Origin: Felis catus
Taxonomy: Eukaryota
DNA length: 64,000 nt
NCBI RefSeq assembly: GCF_018350175.1
Contig: NC_058375.1
Coordinates: 35,278,001 to 35,342,000 of the forward strand
Direction of reading: 5' to 3'
Shown: in pieces, positions 21,301-33,022 of the stretch
Layout: each line of letters starts with the position of its first letter
Position numbering within the stretch: the stretch's first letter is position 1
Made by a program: the position numbers and the translations under genes
The notes under the pieces: model-generated
Databases searched by the model: none
Seen by the model: the letters and a program-made list of their open reading frames with translations, nothing else
What the model was told of the DNA's origin: nothing

Positions 21301-24300
21301 GAAGGCCCTACCTTAGCAGCTGTCCTTGGGCGTCTCTGGCCATGCCCCCCAGCAGCAGTTCCTCCTGCCAGTGCATGAACTTGTGGGAGAAGCCATGGCA
21401 GCCACCGTTCAACTCCTGAGCCACATTGGGAGCCTAGAGGGGGACAGGAGGGGGGTTTATTATTCAAGGCTCTGGCTCTGGGTTAACTCGGGGTCCCTGG
21501 GCTGGAACCATGCCTGCCATGGGGTTCCATAGCCTGAAGTGTAGATAAGTATTCTCCTGAGTTTCTTGCCTACTCTGAGTCTCTTGCCTAATAGTGAACA
21601 GCTATTATCCTGCAGAGAGGAGGCCACAAGAGGGAGAAGAGGCCTGGAAATAGGCTTCTGGGAAGCGCTGGAGTAACTTTGGTGGGTTTTGGAAAAAGGT
21701 TCACATTCACAGGGACACAGAGACACTCAGGAAACTAGGTATGATACTTGTGCTTAGCTAATTGGTCCTCAGTTTCTCTGTACAAATCTATTTTGATGAA
21801 GTCCAGGTTTTCTGGACTTAGAAAAGGACCAAGGGATTCATATACCACTTGAAGGTCCCTTAGGAGAACTGAATGGAAAGGGTATTCAGGTATCTAGCAC
21901 AGTGAGGGCAGGGTAACGATGTCCAGAAAATGGGAGACAGAGCACAATCTGCTCTCTCAGAACATATGAGGAGGGAAAAGGGAAGAAAAATAGCCTTTCC
22001 CTGGCAAACCCGGCTGGAACCCACCTGCTTGCTGTGATGGTTAGGGGCAGTAGGTGGGCAGTGGAGGTCATCAGGGTGCAGACAGGGCCGCCCCACATAG
22101 GCCTGGCCCACCTGTGCCTTGTCTAACAGCTCCCGGAAGCCCTCAAGGGAGGCAAAAGGGCCCAGCTCCTTGAGCAGCTGCTCTGGATCCAGGTTGGTCC
22201 ACTGGATGTCAGGACGACCACTGAGGGGAGAGCCCATGGTTGGTGAGGATAAAGGATCAATTCCCTCCCTCCAAAATGCTGCTAGGGGACCCCTGCTGTA
22301 CCCTACCCTCCTCCTAGCTGTTCATTTGTCCCTCCATATGAAGGGTGTGCAATGTTGAGCTTCCCAGAGCTCCCAGGCTACACCAGCTTACCAGGTTGCT
22401 GCAGTGAGATGGAGGACAGATAGTACTTAATACATGGACAAGGCCAAGAAAAAGCCCCACTGAGTCCCTTCCCAAGCATCTATCTTTGGTTCTAATACAT
22501 AACCATATGGGCACCTGCCTGTAACAGGTTTTCTTTTTAGTCTGGCAACAGCTTAGCTGATACCTAGTTAACTCTCCCGTGCAAAGTCTCTTTCTGGGGA
22601 TCTTTTTTTCTCCTTCATTCAGATCTTTGTTCTGTTTTGTCTAAATAAGGCCAGTTTGCCTTTCCTTCAGAGGAAAGGAGAAGGTGGGTGTGGAGAGAGC
22701 CCTGGGGCAGTCTGGCCCTGGCCTGACAGGTAGTTTAGGCCCTTAGTAAGGTTTTGATCATCATCTTTACTCCCACCCTCTCTTCTGCTGGGAAAGTCCC
22801 GGCCTAGGAAGCAGGGCCTGGGAGCAGCTGTGGTGGCACTCACGGCAAGTAGGCAGAGCCCCCTTGGAGTTTGGCTCCCTCCCAGAAGCAGTCGAGGGGG
22901 GTGAGGATCACGCACGGAAACAGCTTCTCAATCATCTGCCAGGGACATCCCAGGCCACATCAGTCCTGTCCCTGGGCTCCTTTCTCCACAATCTCTGTAG
23001 AATGCCCTCTGCAACCCCCTCCCCTCCCCTCCTGACTTTTAGCCTCCCCATCTCCGAGAACCTTCCCCTGCTGCAGAAAAGGTTCCGCCTTGACCCCATC
23101 TCAAAGAACAGCTCAGGGTACTCACCCGCTCAATCATTCCATTTTCAATTAGGGGAATTCCTGACTTGTAGCAGATTTTATTCAAATCCCAGGACCTGGA
23201 ATAGCCAGGACACAAGAGATCAGCAGAAGAGGCAGATTCCCATGCCAGCTCTGCCACAGCATGCCTCACTCCCAGCTGCTCAGGGACTCAGCCAGACTCA
23301 CTTTCCATAGAGTGATACTTGCACTTTACTGGCTGCAAGGGCTGCCTGGAGGTGGAGGCCCAGTGCCTCAGGCGTGAGGATGTTCTCCCCCTCCTGGTGT
23401 GGGGTCTGTATCAGCATCTGGGAGGTGTACGCAGCCTCCTCCCCCAGCTTCTCCTTGGTGTAATGCAACTCCTGGCTCACCCGGCTGCCCACTGCCAGAG
23501 ACAGAGAGAAAGCTGGGGAAAAGAGCTTTAGTGGACTGGAGCTCTGGGGAATGTGGGACCCTAGCCTGCTGAGGCTTCCCAGGAAAAGTGGGAGAAGTGC
23601 TCTGAAAGGAGCCCCTACTTTTCCCCTGATGGCCATTCTCACTCCACAGGCTCCTGGCCCTCTGGCTGGAATCTGGAGCTTTGCAGGGAAGTGAGAGACC
23701 TCAGTTGTATGGCTCTATGGAATTCTTGTGTCGTCTAAGATTTAAGCATGAATCAGGTTGGCTAGGTTTGGAGCAAATAACTTCAAAATGAGAGGTCAGT
23801 ATGAGTTGGGTCGGGGCTGCGGTTTTGGAGGTATCCTGGTAAAGGAGCCCTCACTCAGTCCCTCTCTGCTTTGGTAAGGAAGACAAGGAGGGACAAAAGG
23901 GACCAATAGAGAGGTTGCCATTGGGAGGGTCTTCTAAAAGAACAGATCTAGTGCTAGGACTGGTTCTTAGTTCAGGTTGTCCCAGGCAATGCTTTATAGC
24001 CATACATCTTTTTGCAAATTGTTCTGCCAAGAGGGTGGGGATGGAAGTGCCTGGTAATAATGGGCCCTGTGGTGGCACAGGTGAGAGGGAGGATCAGATA
24101 GTCTTTCAGTGTGACGCTGTCAACATACTGCTTCCACTCATGCAAGAAGTACCTGGAATCAGCTCACGTACCCTGGCAGAGGTGACAGCAACATGGACCA
24201 AGGGGAAGAAAACGTTCCCAGATCCCTTTCACCAGTCTCACTGTCCAGGCAACAGGGAGACCCAGCGCCAGGCCTGCCTTAGTCTCCTTGATCTTGGCAA

Positions 24301-27300
24301 CCCTCAAGTCCAGCATTGTACTGGCCACAGAGTCATGGTCTCTAACTGGGGCTTAGCAGGGGAGGGGCGCTGTGAGGGGATATGGCCTGCCTGTGGTTTG
24401 GAGGAGGGCAAGGGCAAGTGCCAAATCACTCCTGAGGCTTTATGGACTTGGTCTGGGCTTAGGCCCAGTTCTGCTTCCACCTGTCCAGGACCTCTGCCTG
24501 TTGGTCACTGCCATTCCTGGGGCCCACATGTATATCTTCTCTGAGGCTCCAGCCCCATCGGTGATCATCATGGTCCCCCATCTCTTTTTCTGCTTTATTT
24601 TAGACAGAGAGAGTGTGTGAGAGTGCCTATGTGCTCACATTGGGGCAGGGTGGGGGCATGCAGAGGGAGAGAAAGAATCCCAAGCAGGCTCCGCTCTGTC
24701 AGCACAGATCCCACCACCCTGGGATCATGACCTGAACTGAATTTGAGTTGGATGCTTAACCCACTGAGCGACGCAGGTGCCCCTCCCAATCTCTTTTTCA
24801 AGCCCATATAATCTCCTTACTCATGAGAGTCCCAAACCCTTAGTAGCAACCCCCCAACACAGATTTGCCCATCTGCTCACATTTTCCCACTCAAATCACA
24901 TTCCTGGCCCTCTCTCACGAATGTAGCCTCCCATAGCCATGCTGCCTGCTTCCACATATTTTTCTTCCTTTTCTGACTCTCCTTCCTCCCCAGGTCTGTA
25001 CTGTACTACAGTGTTTATTTCACCAGGCTTAGGCCAAACCTGCTACAAGGAGGGACAGGAGGGGACAAAAATAAGCTCTTCATAGTAAGTGACTTTGCTG
25101 AGGGGAGGGATGCACAGGAGAAGGAAGGAACCCAGAGAGGGCTATCAAGAAAGCAAGAGAGGGGTGCCTGGGTGGCTCAGTCCGTCCAACTTTTGGTTTC
25201 GGCTCCAGGTCATGATCTCACAGTTTGTGAGTTCTAGCCCTGTATCGGACTCTGTGCTGACAGCGTGGAGTCTGCTTGGGATTCTCTCTCTCTCCCTCTC
25301 TCTCTGCCCCTACCCTTCTCACTTACTCTCTCTCAAAATAAATAAACTTAAAAAAAAAAAAAAAGCAAGAGAAATACTGGCAATGTAAAGCATAACATCA
25401 AAGAAAATAAGGAATCCTAAGAAAAAATGAGGAAAAGCAAAAGGTAAACTTCTACTGACAACAATGATGATGATAGACATGAGGACAGATGAACTGGGAT
25501 GTATTCTGCGGGCAAGAAGAGACAGCAGGTGGAAGGGAGAGCCTGGAAACTGTACAGACCTGGGTTTGAGCCTTGGCTCTGACACTTAGTCTGTGCTTTG
25601 GGAAAATTACTTAGCCTCTCTGACCCTCAGTTTCCTCATCTGTCAAGTGGGGACAATACCTACCTTGGTAGAATTAGCATCAATACAGGCAAAGCACTAA
25701 CTGCCCAACACATAGTAGGTACAGACAAGAATTGTTATTTAATAGCTGCTGGGAGAGAGACTGTGGGACAGAAAAACGAGAAAGAACTTGGAGTAACAAA
25801 GATTGAATGGGGAGGAAGTAGGAGAAAAGGAGAAGCAGATGTTAAAATCAAGTCTGTTGAATGCTTTTGTGCCTTTACAAAAGAGAGAATATAACTGGCT
25901 AGCCAGCATGGAAAAAGAACCCACCTTATATGTAATCCTGTAAGTGTGAATTAAAACAGCAGTAAATTACTGTCTATCAAACTAGCAAAAATAAAAAAAA
26001 AATTGATAGCACTCATTGCTGGCTTACAGGAGTGGACTCTTCCTACCACCAAAGTGTAATTTGGTATGATATTTGGGGGAAAGCAATATTGTAATATGTA
26101 TCAGACCTTGAGAAATGTTCGTAATCCTTGGTCCAGAAATTCTCCATGCAAGGGCCTATAAGCAAAGACATAGGCTTTCTTGGAGTGAACTGGGAGCCAT
26201 GGTAGCTTTTGAGCAGAGAAGTGAGATGACCTTTTTCATCACTGAACAATACATTCTGGAGCTGAACTGTGAATGAATAGAAATTGGCCAGGGAAGAAGG
26301 TCAGGAAAGGGCATTCTGGGCCAAGTTATGTGTAGGGAACTGTCAAAGACTCAGCATTGCTGAGTGAAAGAGAGACAATGCTAGAGAAGAAATCAAGTTA
26401 GGTTGCGAGGGCCTAGAATGTGTGCTAAGGAACTGGATTCTGGAGTCTCCCCAGACTCTAACAGAAAGTGGTAGAAGGACTCTAAGCAGGGGATGGACTT
26501 GGCCAGATTTATATACACCACAGGAGGGCAGTGTAGAGGCAGAGTTGAAGGTGAGGCTTGCAGAAGATTGGTCACTTCTCTAACAGACTTTGATTTTGTT
26601 GGCCATTCTCTGAAAGGCCCAGTGATTCAGGGCAGCTGGATCCCTCCCCAGCCTCAGGGGGGTGGAATTTGATTAGTTAATCACAGTAATTCCATTGCCT
26701 TTGCCAAGTGAAGGGTTTAGGCATATGAAGCTACACAGTTCTTGCCAAAGTGACCAAATGGGAAGTCGGCTGGGGGCTTCTGGTAAAATTTCCCTCACTT
26801 CCAAAATTTCCCCCAGACAGGACGGGATGACGTCCCTTTTCTGACACTGCAATAGCCACTTGGGACAAGGAGGTGGTAAGCCTGAGGACAAAAGGCCAAC
26901 ATGCTGAACAAGGCAGAGGAGAAGACAGGAAGAACCTGTGTCCTTACTGATGTCCTTAGGTTTTGAATTAACCATCCTGGAACTTCTCTACTGTGTACTA
27001 CCAGATTTCTTGTTACAGGGATAATAAATCAATCTTCTTCCTTCCTTCCTCCACCCTCCTTTCCTTTTTTTTTCTCTTTCGCGTGGCTAAAAGCATATCA
27101 AATGATACAATCAGGAGTGTACTACCAGAGACTGAGAAAGGCCTCATCTAGAGCAATGGCCACATGGGTGGAAAGGAGGAGTCTGTTATGAGAAAGGTTA
27201 ACAAAGAAGAATTTGCTGGCTTAGTAACCAGTTAGGTAAGCAAGAAGAACTGAGGCTGACTCCCAAGGTTTCAGCCTTGTGTCTTTGAGTGGATAGTCGT

Positions 27301-29807
27301 TCCACCAATTGATATGTTGCATCCTGCCTTCTAGATAGAATGGCTACATGTTCCTTCTTTTCAGGGATAGCTCCAATTTCAAACCATCTCTCTCACTGTT
27401 CCTGTAAGTATTGGTTGGGCTATGTGTTGTGTTTTTTTTAATTTTAGAGGTCAATCTATCTCTGGGCCTTTTAGCTTTAAAGTTGATCAGGAAGGACAAG
27501 TTACTTTCCAAGTCTCTCACCATGGCAAAGTTGTAAGGGACCCTGAACTCTGGTCCAGAACTCTGATAGCCAGTGAGTGTCCTGCTTCTTTCTTTGCTTC
27601 CTGTATTAGCAAAACAGGAAAGGAATAGAGAAATACTCTTCAGTCCTCACCTTGATCAGCTCCTCATTGCCTAGGGCATTGCTGGGAGAAGCCTCAACTA
27701 TAGATGTACAGAGACAAGATCAGGTCAGGATCATTGCTTTGACCTCACCCCCAGCTCTAGCTGATATAGGACACAGCAGGATTCTGAAATAAAGGAAAAA
27801 GCCCTAGGAATTGGATACCACCCTCTAATATCACCCTTCCACAAACAGCAGAAAAAATCTGGTGGGATCTAGCTTGTCCTGTGCTGGAGTAATAGGAGAG
27901 AAGATAAGGAACAGGAACATGGAGGTTCAAGCAGTGTTTAGATGGGAAAGCTCTGGGAAATGGAGAAAGAGGAAGAGGGGAGAGACAGCTTCTATTGTAG
28001 CAGGAAATCCAACAGTCATTTGGGACCACCCAGGCAGCAGTGGTGTGTGGGTGGGGGTATGTGTATGTGCGTGTATGCACATGTGTGTCCTGGGGCTGGG
28101 GGCAGGCAGGCAGGCAGGCACAGAGAAACATCTGCTCTGGACCCCAGGGCTGGCCTAGAGTGGATATGTATGTGTGAGCCTGCAGAGGGCTGGGGCAGGG
28201 TGGGGATGGGGTGTGGGAGCCCAACAGGCAGGCGGGCAGGCTCCAAGAAACATCTGCTGTGCATCCTAGGGCTTGCCAGTGTTTGAAATAACTCAAGGGT
28301 GTGAGACTCTAACCTGGCCCTGCCTTTGGGTGTGGGCCAGGGCTGGGGGAGGTTTGGGGGAGGCCACAAATGCAAATTTCCCAGGAAAGACCAGGTAAGA
28401 GTTTGACTCTATTGAAGGGCTAACATATGAAACCAGGCCTCAGGAAAGAAGAGTTATGCCAAAATTATTAATAAGAAACCATCTTTAACGCTTCCATTAG
28501 GAAGTGAGGATTTGGTTGCATCTGACTCCACTGTTGCCTCAAAGTGCAGACCCTGTGCCGCTTTTTCCCACTAATTGCAGGGGGCCTAGGTGCATGGGAC
28601 CTCTCCATGGAGGCTTGCCAGATGATTTACTCAGTTTCCCCAGCCCAGTTCTAATTTTCCAGATTCTCCTGGTTAGGTGTGATCTCTCCTTGCCTTCTCT
28701 TATTCAATGTAATCACATTCTGCTCTACATTATATTGCATCCTAACACATATTTTACTTTCCTTGCTACTGAAAGATGGGTCTTAGTTTGGTTGCCTTTA
28801 CAAACCCTGCCATGCCATAAAAAATACACATAAAAAGTTGGCAATAATTGCTAAATAAACACACACATGCTCACAGATAACTATTCTATATACCTATCCA
28901 CAGGACTCCATCATCTGCAGATGTCCATTTACAGGTGTGGGAGGGAGCACTGCTCCCAGACGCCCAGGCTTTAGCAGACAGGTACCCCTTCCAGACCCAG
29001 AGCCAAGCCCACTAGAACTCAGTAGTCAGCTCCTCACGCTGTTCTTGTCTTAGGCTCACCATATCCAAGCAGCTATGACTAGTGTCCACAACTCACCTTC
29101 CACCCAGAGCTGTTCTAGGTCTGTCTCAATGATGGCCACACGGAGACCCAGTGCCAGGGCTCCAAAGGCCAACAGGCCCAGGAAGAGCACTTTGCCACAG
29201 TGTCTCTGGATCCCGCAGCCCAGAGAGAAGAGCAGGCCCTGGAAGTAAGCACGAAGCCAGAGTGGAGCCTTTAGGCTCCCAGCTAGGATCTGGGATGGAA
29301 AGAGAAGGGTCAGCCAGGCATTACTGCAACAATGCATGAAATCCTTCCTTTTTCTCCTTATGTACACCCTCTGCCCAAGCCCTAGCTTCTTGCTTTCTGG
29401 ATGCAGGACAGGTAGGACCTACAGAGACACAGGCCCAAACTTGGAAAAGATTTAACTCTATTCCCTGCCACCCACCCAATACACACCCAAGGAAGGCACA
29501 GACCCCTTTTCTGAGAGTAGAATACATATACATACATCTGTTTTCAGGTGGACAGAGGTGAAACCCAGACACACTCTCACCGGCCAGATGTTGAGGAGAC
29601 ACAGAAAGGCACACACACCCTTAAGGGGTGGGCAATAACACCCTGCACTTTAGAGACATCACACCTTGCTGAGTGACAGACCTGGGGTCTCCAGACCTGG
29701 TCCCAATCTTTCTAACCCGTTTCCACTCCACTCACCTGGGGTGATGCGGCTCGAGCTGGGGGTGTATAGACAGGGGGCAGCTCCTGGAGTGGCGGCGGCC
29801 GAGCCAT
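15379..29807 (-). CDS. PTCH2: Protein patched homolog 2 (Hedgehog receptor), 22 coding exons, about 1207 aa
   Basis: Exons in transcript order: 29736-29807, 29097-29289, 23302-23491, 23126-23195, 22844-22935, 22025-22220, 21312-21433, 21016-21163, 20805-20936, 20559-20714, 20382-20474, 19918-20043, 19706-19824, 19243-19591, 18785-19097 (part N), ~18551-18693 (mostly N, end inferred), 18284-18464, 17873-18153, 17626-17763, 16243-16385, 16059-16158, 15379-15645. All visible boundaries are GT-AG and in phase. Sterol-sensing domain with GIGVDD and GIGVEF RND motifs. Confidence 0.97.
16585..16780. mobile_element. MER58-like hAT DNA transposon remnant in PTCH2 intron 19
   Basis: TTGGCAAAC...GTAAATAAAGTTT...GCCTAAAATATTT...TTTACAGAAAGTTTGCTGATCCTG signature. 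Confidence 0.65.
17365..17480 (-). mobile_element. Short Can-SINE in PTCH2 intron 19
   Basis: GGGGCGCCTGGCTGCCTCAGTC head on minus, (TATG)n tail. Confidence 0.8.
24590..24783 (-). mobile_element. Can-SINE in PTCH2 intron 2
   Basis: AGAATCCCAAGCAGGCTCC...GATCATGACCTGA...CTGAGC on plus. Confidence 0.85.
25160..25365 (+). mobile_element. Can-SINE in PTCH2 intron 2
   Basis: GGGGTGCCTGGGTGGCTCAG head, CT tract, A tail, TSD aaagcaagaga. Confidence 0.9.
28024..28032 (+). promoter_or_regulatory. Consensus GLI site in PTCH2 intron 2
   Basis: Perfect GACCACCCA in non-repetitive sequence. Confidence 0.55.
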
Positions 29808-30350
29808 GCTGGCGGGGATGGGGGGCGTGGGCGCCCCCAACTCGCGTTATCTGGGATTCTCCATAGGCTGGCCTGGTACCCCTGTACTGCGGGGCCCGGC
29901 GTCGGGACTCAGTGGGGCCGCTTAGACGCGGCGTGGGTGAGGGGTGGGATGCTGGTGAGCAGCGGCGGCTGTGAGGGGGAAGAGCGCAAGGAGATGCGGG
30001 TGCCGGAGTCAGTCCCGCGTTCAGGCAGAGCTACCGGCCCGCGACAAGCCGCGCGGCAAGAGGCGGAGAACGCAGTGAGGAGGCGTCCTTAGCCCCAGAA
30101 AAAGGGAGAGGGCCGGGACGACGCCCTCCCATTGGCTGAGGGATCCGTAAATTACTCGGAGCCGCGCGGCCGGATCTGCTGCTAGGCAACGGCGCCGCGG
30201 GTGGGGGCGGGGCAGGAGACCACCCAGGCAGGGCCACCCCACGCCTTGCTTCCCCAGCCGCCTGCGGGGCCCTGGGGGAGAAGCACGGAGGGAGATCCCG
30301 AGGACGCACGGCGCTGGCCAAGTATGAGCTAGGAGACGCCAGTGCTGAGA
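29740..30350 (-). promoter_or_regulatory. PTCH2 CpG-island promoter with CCAAT box, RFX X-box, GC box and GLI site
   Basis: CCAAT (minus) 30131-30135, GCTGCTAGGCAAC 30178-30190, GGGGGCGGGGC 30203-30213, perfect GACCACCCA 30218-30226. Confidence 0.85.
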
Positions 30351-33013
30351 AAGGGTATCTGCTGACTGACCCGCCAAGACCCAAAGACTCCTTTTCGCTC
30401 TTTTCTGCCTCCACACTTGCCCCTTTCAGTCCACTCTCCACTGAAGCCAGAGTTATCTCTCTAAAATGCAAATTTGATGATTGCTCTAGAACACAAAGCC
30501 CTTTTGGAGCGCGGAGCCCTGCATGATCTAACTAAAGCCTCTCTCATAGTTCCTTCACACCCACCCGATGTTCTTTCCAGCCCTACAGAGTTACATGTAA
30601 TTTCCTAAAGGCACCATGCTATTCCAGGCGTTTCTGCCTTTGTACGTGTTGTGGCCCTGTTGTCTTGGCAGACAACCTTCAAAACAACATGAATCGGTCA
30701 TCTCTCTTTGAAGCCTTCCTTGATTCGCACTTCCACCTGATGTAGTTGCTTCTTTCATTGTGCTCCTTATAACTAGACAATAAGTAGGTGCTAAATTGTT
30801 GAGTAAATCACTGCGAGTTGGAGAAACCAGGGTGGAAAGGACTGGAAACGGAATAGTTCCTTTATTAAGCTTTCATCAACTATCCTGAGTACCGTTTCTG
30901 CCAGGTTTCTGAATGATTAACCCTGAGTGGCAGAGGAGGGTAAAATCGATATTCTAACATGTAAGGTTTGGAAAAGAGAAAAATAATCTCCAATAAACTC
31001 ATTACTCTAACACAACCACTACTCTCTCCGGCCAATTTCTTGGTCAGTTCTTCCAGACTTGTTTACCATTACATCATTAACATTACATTGTTACTACATA
31101 GTCTTTGTATCAATTATTTGGAGAATGTCCTTAGGACAGATTCCCAGAAGTGAGGGTGTTGGGTCAAAAAGCATGAACATTTTTATGGCTCTTGCTACAC
31201 ATTGCCAAACTGCTTTTTGAAAACGTGTCAATTAACATTATTTCCAGAGCCTCAGTCCTGGGGAAAGGGAAATTTCAGACTGAGGGGATGAACCACCTAA
31301 CTGGTTTGCCACATCTGTTGGTCCATTCTTCCAGCAAAATGCCAGTGGAGGAATCAATACATGTATGATGCTGTTGGCCAAGTAGTAACTACGCATTAAA
31401 AAGCAGCATATGTGCATAGCACTTTCTTCTTCCCTGTTATCCTCTTGTGGATAAAGAAAGTGTATGGAAGATGGTGGAATAGGAGGATCCAAGAAAATGT
31501 ATCCTCAGGAATTCTCTGGATATAGAAATAGTCTCTAAACTAGCTGTATGGGCCCCTGGATTGCTCTTGGGGCAACAGCTGAGTATGGCTGGGTACTCAA
31601 GCAGAAAGGCTCTGTTGTAAGTAGCTCTTGAGACTTCCTTCCTTCTTACCAGACTCCGCAAGACATAAAGTCCATAGAGAAAGATTTGTAATTGCGTGGG
31701 CCTTGGGACTCTGCTTCCACCGCAGGCCCACCATTGCTAACAACTGTGGTGAAGTCCAGCATTTCTGTGGATGCTTCCAGGGCAGGGCTTGCCTGCTGGG
31801 AAAATTTCTTGCCAAACTCCAAAGACCAATGTGGGAGAAACTGGTCTGCAGTTCTAACCATTCCAACTCAGGGCCTAGTGCCCTCTGGCTGCTCCAAGCT
31901 CCAAGATGACCTTTCTTTTCCCCAACAAAGTGATTTCCTGAGTGCAGCTGAGCTCAATCAGAGCAACCTAAAGCCATAGACCCCAGGGAACAGGAAGGGA
32001 AGTAGAAACTCGTCTTTTTTACGCTACAAGCAGCCTGCTTCACTGTGGAACAGCCTGGTTCAGTGTCACTTCCACTGGGCCTGGAAATGTGTTTTGGATT
32101 AAAACCAGAGAAATACCCCAAAGAATAACAAAAGAGAAAAGCCATTTAATTAAATTCATTATCACCAAGGAGTAAATCTAATTACTGACTGAGACAACAT
32201 CCTTTAAGGTCTGTTATGTGTCCACCCCTTTGCTAAGTTCTAGGGTTGCAGGGTACCTGCTTTTTAGAAGTTCATAGTCTAAGAGGGAGCACAGAGACCA
32301 CAGGAGAAAACACTGTGAGCTGGAATACTCAGGGAGGTTTAACTTGGATTGGATGGGAGAGGTGGGAAGATGACCAAATTGAAAAGGAGAAGACATGGTT
32401 CAAGGTCTGGATCTATCATTTACTGCGTATGAGATCTTGGGCAAGTCACATAATCTCTGACATTGACATAAGAATTAAATAATATATGTGGCTGATGAGC
32501 AGTGTAGGTAGGGTCCATGTAGGAGGAACTAGGTTAGACCTTCTTTCCTTGGCATTCTCCCAGGCTTCTCACTCATGCTTTGGGCTGGCTTTTGTTATCT
32601 GGGCTGGGCAGGGTCAGTGACCCTGAGATGTAGAGGAGGGAAGCAGGGATCCCTGGTGTCCCCCCCCCCCTCGCTATCCATTATGTTTAGTGGCCAAACT
32701 TGGGAATGTATACCCCTTCCCTGTAGGCAGCTTTAGGCCAATAGCACCTGTCAAGTCTCTAGTGTCAGAGGCTGCAACCTGAGATCAGAGAATGGCCTTT
32801 TACCTGGAAGGTGGAGTAAGAAGAGAGGCTGAAAATCAAAGCAGAATCTCCCCATTTATCCATGGCAGAAAAGCCTGATGCAATCCTTCTGGGTGGTGGC
32901 AGATGGCTCAGGTTGAGGATGTCACCCTGGCTTCAAGTAGAAGGTGTTCTCTTGCTCAGCCTCTTTCCTTCCCTGTGAGCTCCATCAGAACTAAGCTTTC
33001 TAGCCCTTGTGTC

Positions 33014-33022
33014 TGGGTGGTC
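33014..33022 (-). promoter_or_regulatory. Consensus GLI site about 3.2 kb upstream of PTCH2
   Basis: TGGGTGGTC on plus. Near-consensus TGGGTGGTG at 32890-32898. Confidence 0.5.

Noticed and set aside
23915-24544. 209-aa plus-strand ORF in PTCH2 intron 2
   Set aside because: Non-ATG start, no homology or domain recognised, no supporting promoter or splice structure.
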